Notes: generated by a model not told the origin, from the sequence alone. Counted from the first letter of the stretch, positions 14,380 to 27,166 are shown. The stretch is 64,000 bases of DNA from Marsupella aquatica (GCA_973895155.1 OZ316892.1:2669223-2733222), one strand, 5' to 3'. A program made the numbers and translations.

Positions 14380-14780
14380 AAGGTCAAAGCTCGCGCCCTC
14401 TTGCTGGCTGCCATGGATGTCCTCAAAGAAAAAGGAGAAAAAGAGTAATCGGGCCGGCGTGGACGTCTATTAGGTTGTGGTGGGTGGACGTCCCGGACGT
14501 CCCTATACGAAGGCCGTCCAAGATGTCCTCGCGTTTCTTCCTTGGCCGTCATGGGAGGTGTCAGGCCGTCTTCAGGTGAAAAATGGCTGGACGTCCCTCA
14601 CACTGGGCCGTCCAAGCCGGCGCTATTGCCGTCCTGGCCGTCTTTTCCTCAAGGCCGGCTGTCGTCCCCGATGTCTTTACTCTAGGCCATCCAGGCCCGC
14701 TTCATTTTTGAAACTTTTTCAACTTCTTGCCGTCTTGACACCTAATATGTTTAATCCAGGATGGCCTTGACGCCTTCCAA
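14380..14780. repeat. Cluster of GGACGTC/GCCGTC short repeats in both orientations (TE promoter or subterminal region)
   Basis: Many ggacgtc, gccgtc and cgtcc motifs within 400 bp, upstream of the degenerate ORF. Confidence 0.55.
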
Positions 14781-15259
14781 TGGTAGCCTTACCCATTCAA
14801 GCTTAACTAACTTAATTTTGCTTAAAGGGGCCTTATAAAGACTTATTTTTTAATTTTTTTTATGATTTTTGATACTTTAACTCTCCTTTTGGAATAATCA
14901 CCTAATTACACATACCCCTATTAATCTCAATTACCTCTGCCCAAGCTACCCAAGCTACCCCTAGCCTACCCCCAAACTTGACAAAGATAACAAATTTATT
15001 GAATATTAATTAAAAAATAATTATTAAAATTGAGTTTTAAAGAATTGGATATTAGCCTTAAAGTTCTGGTAAACTTGAGTATAAATAAAATGTATACAAT
15101 ATTAATTTCTCTAAAAAAAATATAAACAATTTTTTTGGTATCATTTGGTTGTGCTTGGATTCTATGCTACAGTGACCGTTATTTCGCGTCTCCAATTTCT
15201 ATGTGCAAATGCATGAGTTGTTGAACACCACCACAACAACTCTACCTTGCCTTTCAGAC

Positions 15260-16480
15260 GTCTCTCATCTCGCCTCACATTTACATCTTTATCTCACCAA
15301 GACAATGTTTTTTCTCACCCTCTACATCTTTTAGGTCCTTGATTTTGTTTCTTTCCTCCATATATTTTCTCATCTGACTTGACATCTTTTAAGTCCTTGA
15401 TTTGTGTTTCTCTCCTCCATATATTTTATCATTTGACTTGACATCTTTTCCTCACCTCCACATTTTTCTCACATTGACATCTTATCTTTTTCTCACCTTA
15501 CGATCTTTCTCTCACTACAACATCTTTCCCTCACCCTCAACATCATTTCTCTCAACATTTTTTCCTCATCTTTACATCTTTTTCTCACCTCGCCATGTTT
15601 TCTCTCCTTGACATCTTTTTTTCACCTTGATTTCTTTGCCTCACCTCAACATCTCTTTTTCTCATTGAATTGACATTTATTTTCACCTCTACATCTGACC
15701 TTTTCCTCACTTTCACATTTTTATCTCACCACAACATCTTTCCCTCATCTCCACATATTTTTCTCAAATTGCCATGATCTTTTCTCTCCTTAGTTGGCAT
15801 ATTTTTTGCTCGACTTCTTTTTCTCAGCTTGACATCTCTTTGTCTCATCAATATCTTTGTTCACCTCGACATCTTCTCCTTGCCTTGACATCTTTTTCTC
15901 ACCTCGACATCTTTCCTCTCCCTTGACATCTTTTTCTCACTTTAACTACTTTTTCTCACCACACCATCTTTTGTGCAACTTTTGTCTTAACGACATCATT
16001 TTTACTTAACGACAGCTTTTCTCTTAACAACATCTTGGGTGCCACGTACAACATCGTTTTTATTAACGACCATCTTGGGTGACACAACATCTTTTTTCTT
16101 AAGTACATCTTGGGTGCCACGACATTTTTTTCTTAACGACATCTTGGGTGACACAACATCCTTTTTCTTAATGACACCTTGGGCGACACGACATTAGTTT
16201 TCTTCAGGACATCTTCGGTGACACAACATTTTCTTTCTCAACTACATCTTGGGTGACACGACATCTTTTTCCTTAACGACACCTTGGGCGACACCACACC
16301 TATTTACCTTAATGGCATCTTGGGCAACACAAAATCTTAACTACATCTTGGGCGACAGTGCATATTTTTTTTCTTAATGACATCTTGGGCAACACAACAT
16401 CTTTTTGCCTTAACGACATCTTGGGTGACACGACATCTTTTTTTTCTTAACGACATCTTGGGTGACATGACATCTTTTGT
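15260..16480. repeat. Degenerate pyrimidine-rich minisatellites (~20 bp ttctcacctcgacatcttt, then ~35 bp ttaacgacatcttgggtgacacgacatc)
   Basis: Recurrent acatcttt/ctcacc motifs to ~15960, then about a dozen gacatcttggg(t/c)gacac units. Confidence 0.8.
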
Positions 16481-16719
16481 GCAACGCACAGATATAATTG
16501 AGCTAGTAATAACATGTTGTGCCTTCATGCACTGGTAGTCATTCAAATTTGGAGTGGCTTTTTGGGTGGAAAAAACAAAAAGTGCAAATAATGGAAGGAT
16601 TAAAGAAAAGTGATTAATATTTGGTGTGAATGAAAAAGCAGATGTACACTTTTCAAAGCTAGAAGAAAAAAGACAAAATCTTCTATACAAAGTGCTATCC
16701 CTCTACTATCCAGGTTATT

Positions 16720-16860
16720 ATACCATGCTCCTCCCTCAACCATCCATGCTATACTATGCTCCTCAACCATCCATGCTATACCATGCTCTTCCTTCAACCA
16801 TCCATGCTATACCATGTTTTCCCTCTACCGTCCATGTTATATCATGCATGCTACACCATG
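16720..16860. repeat. Short tandem repeat of ccatccatgctatac units
   Basis: caaccatccatgctata recurs about every 28-29 bp. Confidence 0.7.
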
Positions 16861-17914
16861 CAGCGCTCTTACTTCTAATATTTGTAGAAGTGGGTCCAGC
16901 AGTCCTGCACCTCCTCTGACGGAATGATTTTGCTTTACTTTACTTTACAGTACCGAACTTTACTTGGCTTGATTGAAGCGCAAAACGTCTTTCTGTTCGA
17001 CTGATCTTTTTGGCCAACTGGTCCTTTTCACAGGCCACCGTTCCGGAATCTTGTAATAAGCGAGGATGGCATGTGGACCCGCCCTAAATCTGTGCAAACC
17101 TTTTGTTTTCGTCCTCCGGTTGCCTCGCTTCCCAAGCCCAGTGGCCGTTCATCGACAGGAGAAGTTCATATATATAACAATGCCCAAGTCTACAATTAGA
17201 ATCAAGACCAACACTATTGTATGGCCCTGGCATTGGAATCCAACCTGATCGCGAAGACTCGATCCCCTACAATCGCAAGTTACTGAAAATGATGTTTATA
17301 GTTACACTGTAGACACCATACATATTTCCTGAAACCTGTCATTCCAATAGCACCATGACTGTGAGCATTACTTACTGAAATATTTTCGAGAATTTGCTCG
17401 AACAAAACAACGGTTACAGTACAGAAAACACAGAAAGGAAACATTGTCGACAGAGTTGTTAAAATTAGACAACCACGACCACCAGCCAAGTGCTAAGACG
17501 TTCACACATTAATCACTGTTTGCTACGTAAACAATTGTCGATGGTGGTATGAGGTGCTGCGTCCTGGACGGGGGAAAACGAGCATCTTTGAATTTCATTA
17601 TTATCTTGGTGAATGAACGAATCAGCCCTTGGTGACCACCCACTCGGGACAATGTTCTTGGGACTAACAGGATTGAAAGAGTTTCATCCTCGGTACTACC
17701 TGCAAACCTGTGGACCTAGACCGCCAGGTCTCCGTGCCACTGTATCATTTGACTCCTGTCCATCAGTATCTTGAATATTTCTGGTTCTGAATGTCGTTAG
17801 ATCCGGTCTAAGCTTCCATACAATCATGCCTGATGCTGTCAACTTCAGCATTTCCTTGGGACCGCGTATCCGAATGATCGTACATTCCTGATGGAAGTCT
17901 TGCCTGACTTGCTT

Positions 17915-18946
17915 TCACTGCAGTCGGGTGTCAGCACCTTGATGCCAAACTCCTCGCCAGTGCGCGAGGTGCTTATCGAAGAGACCATTGGCGCAGTGGA
18001 AATTTATATGATTTCTCTTCTCGTCCTCCAGAGCGTAGTCATCGAGTGACTGGGTGACAGTCTTAATTTCGTTTGTAGGGGCGTACGGATAGTCCGAGCC
18101 ATACGTGATTTGGTTGTTGGGAATGAATTGGAGGGTGCTGGGAAACGCAGACGGGCTGGACGAGAGGGCTGTGTCCACGTAGAACTTCTTCATCTCCTTC
18201 GAGATTGCCTCAACTACATGTTCTCCACCAAGGAAATAGGCTATAGATCCAGCCATTCGGCTCGCAGCAAACGGGAGAAACCCTCCTGAGTGAGCCAGAA
18301 GGAACTTAATATTTGGGTACCTTCCCGTGACGTTCCTAATCACCAAGAGCGCTGCAGCACGAGTCGTGTCGAGCAAGAAGTCCATCACGAATGCGGGTAC
18401 TGCAACTTCCTTCCCTCTGACGGCAGTTGTCACAGATGGGACGCCGAAAAGTGTGCTCGGATGAACGAAAACTACAGCCTGACGGGCGTCCAACACGTCC
18501 ATGAGAGGATCGAACTTCTCACTACCCAGATACTCGCCGAGTGAGTTGGCCATCAGTGCCACTCCTGCAGCCTTGAGCGTGTCCAACGCGTAAATGGCTT
18601 CCGCGACGGACCCCTCCACGTCGGGCAGCGTGAGTGTGGCGAAGAACTGGAAGCGCTCGGGGTATGCCAGCGTGATCATGTGCCCATATTCGTTCAAATC
18701 CCTCGCTAATTTTCTACCGTCCTCCACGTCGTCGAAGGGTGAGATTCTCGCACCTGGGGTGGAAACGGACAGAATCGAAAGTTCGATGTTAAGGGAGTCC
18801 ATGAATGCGAGATGATCGTCCGGATTCCACTTCGGAATGGGTAGCCCTCCAGAGCTCAGGTTCGTTGCGATCAAGAGATCTTGGTAGAAAGGTGGAACCA
18901 TGTGTGCATGTGTATCAATTCGGATGAGTTTTCCTTCAGTTCGCAT
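17915..18946 (-). CDS. Amidohydrolase-2 family metal-dependent hydrolase/decarboxylase (ACMSD / 6-methylsalicylate decarboxylase-like), intronless, 343 aa
   Basis: IDTHAH metal motif, ILSVSTPG, VFVHP, LAHSGG, YVDTALS, YGSDYPYAP. First ATG at 18946 (the track ORF extends to a GTG at 19051). Uninterrupted frame. Confidence 0.92.
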   Translation of the reverse strand: MRTEGKLIRIDTHAHMVPPFYQDLLIATNLSSGGLPIPKWNPDDHLAFMDSLNIELSILSVSTPGARISPFDDVEDGRKLARDLNEYGHMITLAYPERFQFFATLTLPDVEGSVAEAIYALDTLKAAGVALMANSLGEYLGSEKFDPLMDVLDARQAVVFVHPSTLFGVPSVTTAVRGKEVAVPAFVMDFLLDTTRAAALLVIRNVTGRYPNIKFLLAHSGGFLPFAASRMAGSIAYFLGGEHVVEAISKEMKKFYVDTALSSSPSAFPSTLQFIPNNQITYGSDYPYAPTNEIKTVTQSLDDYALEDEKRNHINFHCANGLFDKHLAHWRGVWHQGADTRLQ

Positions 18947-19029
18947 GGAAGAGAAGAACACAACAACAACCAGAGCAACGAAAATGTGGAAATACTCGAA
19001 CTGGTCGAGGTTATATTTGAGGTAAGTGA

Positions 19030-21413
19030 TTGTAATTAGGGTGTGTGACACTAATATGGTATGACACTAATTTTGGTCACAAGTCAAATAGTATCACACA
19101 CACCTAAGTTAAAAAAATAGAATGGATAATAGTCAAAATTTGCTTATAAAAAATGAAAAAATATGCACAATATTTGATTAGAGTTTACAAAATTTATTAC
19201 TCAAACATTGAGAAAACTTCAGAAATTTATAACTCCATCCATGTACTACTCAAACATTGACCAAACTTCAGAATTTATAACTCCTTCTCACATAGCACAA
19301 AATTGCAGTTTGGGGTACTCATGTGGTATAGCCAGAAGAATAAAAAATGACACTTTTCACTTAAAGACCAAGGTTTCGATCCCTTTAAGAACAAAATAGG
19401 AATGGATTGAATGATTGTAACTGTTTTGAAGACTTAAGAGTATCACTCAACCAAATCTTCAGACAAAAGAGAAACAAATGGATAAATTAACAAAATGAAC
19501 AGAAAAGATTAATTCCCAAGTCATGGATTATGGAAAAGATTTTAGAACCAAGGTCCAATGGATTGAATCTCCACTGCCACTCCTTCAAAAAGGATTCTGG
19601 TCTTATTGTGTTAACAAGATTGCAACAAATCTCGCCTCAATTGCTCTTCTCCATCACCATGAAAATATAAACAGAAAGGATAAATGCTCACCAACACCAA
19701 AGTAGCTTTCTGGTGACCGATACAATGATACTCACTAAAATGCCGTCAACATGGATAGAACTTCGGCGATACGCAACTCCGATCTATCACTAGTGGGTAT
19801 GCCAAAGTATGGGTAACAATACTAACTATTCTGAAATCAGAATCTTGTTCCTTTCTATCCACATTTATCATTGAATTCTTAACGATTCTTGACCCACAAG
19901 CAATACTAATTTGAATTCATATGATCTTGGAAATTTGTAATGAAAACTCAGGCACCAACAGGAATAAATTCATTACATCACAAAGGAAGTGTTTTACTTC
20001 ATTCATAAATCATTCTCGAAAGCAATGATTACAAAGGAAGGAGGGAAACTTGCAAAAGTTTGCAATACTGAATACAAGCTTCACTGAAAAACAAAAAGGA
20101 AAACGATAATCTTATAGGTCTAAGTGGAGCATAAAAAGGGGAAATGAAAAGTCATGCCTTTTCAAAACTAGAAAAAAAGGTAATAAAAATTGAGTACTAA
20201 ACTAAGGTAGAAAAAGATCACTAAATAACTAGGGTAAATGGGTAACACAAATCTGTCTTCGAACTTCCGCCGAGTATCGTCCTTCATAAGTTTGGTCTCC
20301 ATGGGACACCTCTCAGAAGCGTCCTTCACAAGTATTGTCAGCAAGGTAAAGTTGGGTATTTGGGTACCAAAATGCAATTAATTCGTGAACTTTGCATCTT
20401 ATTTCCATCTTCCATTGATTTTGCGAAAAATTCAGGTGTCACAACTCAACCACATTGAGCAAACAAGATTTGTTTAATTGATTCACTTCTATCAACTATG
20501 AATAACACATGCTATCTCACATAAGCCACAAACTAACATCCTTTCCACTCTCTTACAACCTGTCCCTTGTGGCTCATCCTTGCAAGAAGGCGTATAACCC
20601 CAAGAGAAGTGGGTTGAGTTGGGTCTTCACCTGCTTAACCAACATCATGAGCCACTTCAACATCAATGTCAAGGCCAACTCGACTCCCTTCAAAATTCAC
20701 TCGATACTTCGCTATGATATTCTGAAGCTCAGGTGTAAGTTGATTTGTAGACTATACACCATTGACATTTAGAGACAAACTGGTGTTTATATTTGAATTT
20801 TGTGCATAAGACATGCCATGTCTGTCAACATAATTGTTCACCTTAGCTATAGAGTCCCTTGCCAATGTCAAAAACCAATGTTGGCCTGGATTTATCAATG
20901 TCCCAGATGTGCCTTGTGTCCCAGTCCCCACATTTTTGGGGTCTTCATTTATCATTTTTTGAAGTGCAACAAGGATCGGATAAGCCAAAGGAGACGCAAA
21001 TTAATTCCACGCAAATTAATTCCAATGACATTTTGACATACTTAGTCTTGGGCATAGGCTTGATTCTCTTTCCCTTGCTCTAGAAAATCCAGCTATGATG
21101 ACCAATCCATTCCCTCCATGTTATCAATCTGTCAACCTCTTTTCACAAAGATTGACAAGCTAAAACACAAAGAACCTTTCTAAGAAATACACACAATTAA
21201 AGAGATGTTGTTGGTAGTCTGGATAAATTTGGAGTGGGTCCACTTTAGGGTTACCACCAATAACATTGTCACCTTTAGTTATCAATATTTTTCAATATGT
21301 TAATTTATTTTTCAAAATTAGGGGTGGCGGTAAATAGTGTCACTTGGCTGAAAATCAAGGACTACCCCCAATTAGTGTGTGTGACACTAATTGTTTCGTG
21401 ACACTAAATACTG
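19030..21413 (-). mobile_element. Internally deleted Tc1/mariner (pogo-like) DNA transposon remnant
   Basis: Minus-strand end TA|CAGTATTTAGTGTCAC at 21415-21398; related gtgtgtgacactaat repeats at 19031-19110; transposase-like fragment inside. Left terminus not found. Confidence 0.45.
20690..20990 (-). pseudogene. Putative pogo/DDE-type transposase C-terminal fragment
   Basis: SGTLINPGQHWFLTLARDSIAKVNNYVDRHGMSYA...SLSLNVNGV, recognised from memory as a transposase tail; not verified. Confidence 0.4.
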
Positions 21414-22398
21414 TAAACAGTGTAGATAAGAACTCGCTTTTATTTTGGGTTGCACATCCATCAATACTAGCCCCAATTATCCGTTCTTTAAGGTAAATAG
21501 CAGAGAGTACAATAAAAAATTATCAAAATATATTTTTTATCCATATTCTTTGAAGGTTAATGAAATGATAAAAAAAATTCATCATTTTAATAATCATATA
21601 TAATATACACTTCTCCTTTATGTGCACATGAGTATTTTTTTAATGCACATATGTTATGGTGGGGCCATAGTGCATATAGAAATTATCAAGGAAAACTAGT
21701 ATGTACATACATCATGTCATGAGTTTCTCCCATGCATATGATGGCCATAAAGTTACGGTCTAGAGTGAATCACTCTAGACCTAGGCTCTTAAAAGTAGAC
21801 TTGACACTTTAATAATAAGATACCAGGCAGGACATAATCCTTTGCTGAGAGCTGCATGACAGATGTTTTGAGCCTCTACTTTCGAAGAACACAATCTGAA
21901 GATCACAAGATTTCCCCAATAAGCTGCACACACGAAAGTGACCTGCTCGAATTGAAAGGCTGCCCTCAACTCAAATGGAGACAGAAATTTTCTTGCATTC
22001 ATTACAGGACGGTAAAGCGAGGCCACATGTGACTGTCAGTACCGGCAAGAACCCCATCATAGTAGTACACAATTGGAGTACTACACAAAATTGTCTGGAT
22101 GGGCTTGCAACCCTGGTATCGTCCTCTCTACTCTACTTTATACAGAGTTCATCCTGATATTGGATGAGCCTCGTTTATATGTATATACCAATATAATGAC
22201 CTGGAACCTTAAAAAACCTATACCTTTTAGCTTTACCTCGTGAAAAAAAGAGGGAACGAGATGACTCCCTTCAGGAAAACCAGTAAAAAGCTGTTCTTTA
22301 ATGTAAGTTGCAGTGCTACAACTAGGGTTATACTATCATTATATGTTTCACCAGTTGGAGTTGAGTCAGCTTTTAATGTTTGGACACTAAAATACAGA

Positions 22399-22641
22399 CT
22401 AGACACTTAATTTTGGCAGGATATCAGGGGCACCATGTGGTTGAGTAAATGAATCTGCACATGCCATGCGAATGCGTTCTGGAGTGGAGGGTGTATCCAG
22501 CACAAACCAGCCATCGAGTCCGCTGTCCTTTCTGGCAGCCCAAATTGAATCCTTAATTGCAAATAGAGCTGCAGATGCCAAAAACAATGGTGGCTCTCCA
22601 ACTGCTTTGGACGAATGGACTGCCTTGGGATTTGGAGCATC
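22399..22641 (-). CDS. XDH: Xanthine dehydrogenase, terminal exon (80 aa plus stop)
   Basis: [31 protein letters not shown]...[13 protein letters not shown]...PKLSV*; acceptor gtttgcag|GAT at 22642/22641, phase 0. Confidence 0.92.
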   Translation of the reverse strand, partial: DAPNPKAVHSSKAVGEPPLFLASAALFAIKDSIWAARKDSGLDGWFVLDTPSTPERIRMACADSFTQPHGAPDILPKLSV

Positions 22642-24019
22642 CTGCAAACAACCAAAATTCAAAGTAGACTTAGTTTTCTGGGCAACCTAAGATGAATGGA
22701 TGATACTTATCGGCAATATAAACTGCATGATACTGAAAAAGAAATTTTCAAAGTACTTAAATCACCACTGTCCCAGAAGTTTGAGGACAAAATATCCATT
22801 TTTGGGTACTTCTTTTCTTTGTTAATCAGCTTTTTTCGTACTTTTTTTTTTGTTATCTATCATTAGTGACTAATTATGGTGACCTGAATCACCGAAGTTT
22901 TGAAAATGAACTATTAGCACTCCATTCACTTCAAATTGGCCCTCTTCTGAAAGGACATAGGGTCTAGGGGCATACAATAATGGTCAACAGCTGTTAGGGT
23001 TATGCAATATAATTATGCGGTGAATTTGAAGTTTAATTATTGTAATTAAGTTTGTAAGTGTGTCAAGGTTATTACAGCAAAACTATTAGAGATGTAGAAT
23101 ATTGTAGTGAATCTCTAGAAGAATCTAAATGTAGTCTGGCCTACCAAAATTGCTCAATTGAGTAAAAACCTCTAGTAAATTATTTTCGATTGTGAAATCA
23201 TTCCATTGTTGTGCATGATCAAAGATGAAAACTACTTGCTCATCTTTTGAACTGAACCCTGGCTAAAGAATGTGCAGATTTGGGTCAGTAGTGCCCATAA
23301 TGCAAGCATTGTGAGTTTAGCCCCACTCTACTCTAGTACTTTAGGATACAGTAAGTAAACTTGTTCAATACGATATGTGATCAAGAAGTCTTCTTGCTAT
23401 GTGCCCAGACCAAAATAATTTTCATCTAACTGGATAGCATTGCTTAAATAAGCACCCTTTCATACTTTAATACACCAAATGTGGAACTCCTCAAGTAAAA
23501 TAGAAATATTCTTCTAGCTATCCACCATGCAAAGATTAGTATCATTGTTTCTTTCACATGCATTTTGATAAGCTTTTGCATTGTTGTGAAGTGTCTCCAA
23601 TGCAAGCAATACTGCAGGTTTAGGGCCCGGTTTAGGGTTTAGCTACTATATCATAGTTGTGACGGGGTCCCCGTCACTCAAAATCATGAATAATGGTCGC
23701 GGAGTGTTGCGAGTGTAAATAACCATTGTAAATAAGCCATTTTTTGGTTTTTTTCTGTTACGACCGTCATTATCGGTTGCTATGCCCCGGAGGTCTCTAC
23801 ATTCTTGGATATCCTAATAGTTTGGAGGCCTAAGGCTCCCCAGCAAGCAGGATGTTGGGACCTTGACACTAGGGTCGGTCTAAGTGGACACCCTGTTTCC
23901 CTTAGGTCCTGATTCCCTCTTTCTTTTGTTGAGACCCCAATAAGGTTTAGGAGGAGTGCTAACCTTTACTGAATATGGGAAAAGCGAGGCGCCACCGGAG
24001 GAGCGTTAAGGTAAGAGAG

Positions 24020-24900
24020 AAGGGGGAAGGTAAACCCCCCCAAAAGGAGCTGCCGTAACAAGGCGAGGCGCAGCCGGGGTGCGCTCGGGGATTTAGGGGG
24101 GGATTAAAATTCCCCATTAAGGAGCCCTCGCGAGATGAAGGAAGTGAGGCGCGGCAGCAGCCACGAGGCGCCGAGGTGTTGGGGGAGAAAATTAAAATTT
24201 CTCCTTAAGGGGCACCGCGAGTACTAAGTAAGGAGGCCGGGGTAGCGGGAGGCCGGTGATCAGGAAGGTCGCGGAGGGGGGTTAAATGCCCTTGAAGTGG
24301 CCTGGCAAAGGGCGAGCACTTGGGGGCCCATAAGGGGCAGCCCTAGAGCCGCCACGTGGAATCCCCAGGCTGAGTTGGGCAGCAGCAGCGAAGGCAGCCG
24401 AGGAGTAAGAGGAGTGAAGGAGGGGGGGTATTAAACCGTCCCGTGAGCCCGCGAGCGGGAGAGGGCTGCCGGGGAAGGGGGGGGAAATTAAATCCCCCAA
24501 AAAGGGGCGCAGCGGCGAAGGGGGTGAAAGCGCAGCGCAGCCGGGAGGTACCGGGCGGCTTGCTGGAGCCGGGGGGAGCCCGCGAGTAAGAGCCCAGGCG
24601 AGCCGAGCAGGCCGCGAGGCGAGAGGCAAGCCGGGGCACAGCGCAGCCGGGTCGCAGCCGGCGCCGGGAGGAGAAGATCGCGGAGTGGGGGGGGCAATTA
24701 AGCCCTCGTGGGAAGGCGCTCCCGCATGAGAGGCTGTGAGTAGGGGGGTTTAAAACCCCATGGGAGGCGCACGGCACTCCCGCGAGTAGTGGGGGGAGAA
24801 TTAAAGCCCCCATTTAAGCGCAGCCGGGACGCTTCGGAGGGCAGGTGAGAGGGGGGCAGGTACGCGAGCGTCAGAAGGGGGGAGAAAATACTCCCCGATA
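24020..24900. repeat. Array of G-tract/TTAAA/C-tract hairpin units, roughly 60-65 bp spacing
   Basis: Examples: gggggattaaaattcccc, ggggggaaattaaatccccc, gggggtttaaaacccc, ggggggagaattaaagcccc; about ten units. Confidence 0.75.
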
Positions 24901-25277
24901 CTCGGGTGAGTCAATACCCAAGAGAGGGCAGCGGACGGCACCTGGCGCTCAGGGGTATACTTAAGGGGGGCCTGCGCCCTTAGGAAAGCCACCACTTCTT
25001 GCTTTCCCCTTAATTTTTTTCTTGCTTCCCTTGAGATGCCGAAAGCTTCCCTCAAAACTGCTTCTTTGTAAACAGTACCCTGGTTCCTGGTTCTCCAATT
25101 TTTTTTCCCTTTCTCTCTAGCTCGGCATTGAATTGGGGGACTCACTGTCTCCGAGAATTAACGGTGGCTACAGTGAATTATGTCTGGGAAATTGAGATTG
25201 GGTCATTGATTGATCGGGATACGGGGGCCGTTTCGGGCCAGGGAATTGACATTGCTACGGGTAACGGGATTTGGTGA

Positions 25278-27166
25278 TTGAGGATTGGATTTCTAGATGC
25301 ATGGATGCTGGATCAACCAGAGTTTAGTGAGGCACGCATTTGGAGATACAAGGCTGCTTACCGTGACTACGTTGAGACATTGATTGCAAGAGAGAGAGAA
25401 GAGAGGGACGCTACGATGAGTACTGGACCGGCAGCAAGTCCAACACCGGTTTTGAGGAAGGTTTTTCGTCGAATTTATCCCAAAACCTCTGCCAAGGTGA
25501 TGGAGGATTGTAGGAATATTTTTCTGGCCACCGTGCTCACGGAGTTCATGAAGGTGGAGATTACAATCCCTTCGGGGAAGAGTTGGAACATTGGGGCCGA
25601 GATGGAGTTACGTACGGAAGGAATCTACTTTGAATGTCTCCAACGGGTAGTGCCCCATGTGGAGTTAGCTAAGCTTCTGTTTCTGGAGAACCAACAATTC
25701 TCATTCACACCTCGGAACATAAGGGGAGAGCTCACATTGACAATGGTGGCCGGTTGGGTGATTAATCCCACCTCCACTACTTCCATTCCTCTTTCCGCCA
25801 TCAAGGATGCTGAGCACAAGGGATTTCTGGCCAAGGTTCATCAATGGGTCCTTGGTAACGTGCAATCAGGGGTGGTGAATGGAGAGCACTTCGTGGTAGC
25901 TATGGACATCAAGAACTATCCAGCCCATGTGTACGGATGGTGGTACTACGGGTTGAAGAAGCTACTGGACGCCGATCCCGGGAGTGTGAAACCAGGTGGG
26001 GCTGTACATTTGATGGGGTTATTTTTGCTAGCCAGAGCAGAAGGATGGATTGTTTCCCCGGGACAGGAAGACACTGGATCATCCCTTACCACGGAAATCA
26101 AGAGTATTGCCACTACCATCTTGGGAAAACGAACGGAGGGATCATCCTCGGCGGTTGGAGATGATAATAGAGAGGAAGAAAACCAGGATGAGGACTCACA
26201 TTGGAGTGGCTTGAATCACTTGTGGGAAATCTGGAGGAGCCCTTGGTCTATGACATTCCTGATGTCTACCTGACGGAGTTACGGGAATTCCGGGAGGGAG
26301 TCCATGAGGGACTCAAGCTAGTCCACGCATTGAGAGATTCTCTCAAGCAGGCCACCGCCAGAGTAGAGACTTTGGGGCAGGGTGCCTTGTCTATGAAGGA
26401 GGTGATCAAGGCCAAGGAGGAGGCCATTCATGAGAAGGTTAAACTTCTCCAAGCAGCTCACGTAGAGATTTCCAACTTGAAGGGAGCCTTGTCCACCAAG
26501 GCCAAGGAAGCGGAAGAGGTTGGAGTATTGAAACAAGCATTGGCCAAGGAGAAGTAGAATTCTGGAGAAATGGTGGAGTTAAGAGCCCAGGGGGGAGCAC
26601 TACGGAGTCAATTGGTGATCTTTGAGACCAGGGCTAAGAGGAGTGAAGCCTTGAGTCTGGGGAAATGGAAGAACCCCTGCACACCTAGCTCCACACTTTC
26701 CCCGGATTTGATCTCCAGGGCCATTGAGATGGTGGTGAAGGAAGTCAGTGGGAAGTATGGGCCCCTGTTGGATGCAGCCAAGAAGAGTCAAGAGAAAAGC
26801 AAGAGCTTAGAGAAGAAGCTCAAGGAGGTACGTAAATCGTTACGAGAGGCTCAGGTCAACACGGGGACCCCGGGGATGCCGCCCCGATCTGTCACCCCTG
26901 GGACTCCCATGGCCACCGGGCAGGTTTTACCATTGGAGTTGCGGTCCGGTGAAGAGGCGGCCTTATGGAAGGACACCATTGGTGAGGGGTACATTAAGGC
27001 GTGGCAGGCCTTGGCCAATTTGAGAAAGCAGGGGAACACTAGCACAAGGAGTACCCCGGTAAAGAAGAAGAGGAGTGAAGTGGCACTCACTCCAGTGGAG
27101 AGTGATGAGGAGACCAACTCACGGGGCTCAAGCCATGGCACCGTGAGTGAGGATGAGGAGGACTAG
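25278..27166 (+). pseudogene. Element A gene, ~630 aa: globular N-terminal domain, coiled coil, basic NLS-like tail
   Basis: ORFs 25278-26273, 26201-26557 and 26570-27166 join through one frameshift (~26200) and one in-frame TAG (26555-26557); PVKKKRS near the C-terminus. Confidence 0.75.

Noticed and set aside
23618-23642. TTTAGGG telomere-like repeats
   Set aside because: Only 2-3 interrupted units; a common telo-box-like sequence, not a telomere.
24282-25145. Pro/Ala-rich minus-strand ORFs
   Set aside because: Open frames caused by the high GC content of the hairpin array; no recognisable domain.
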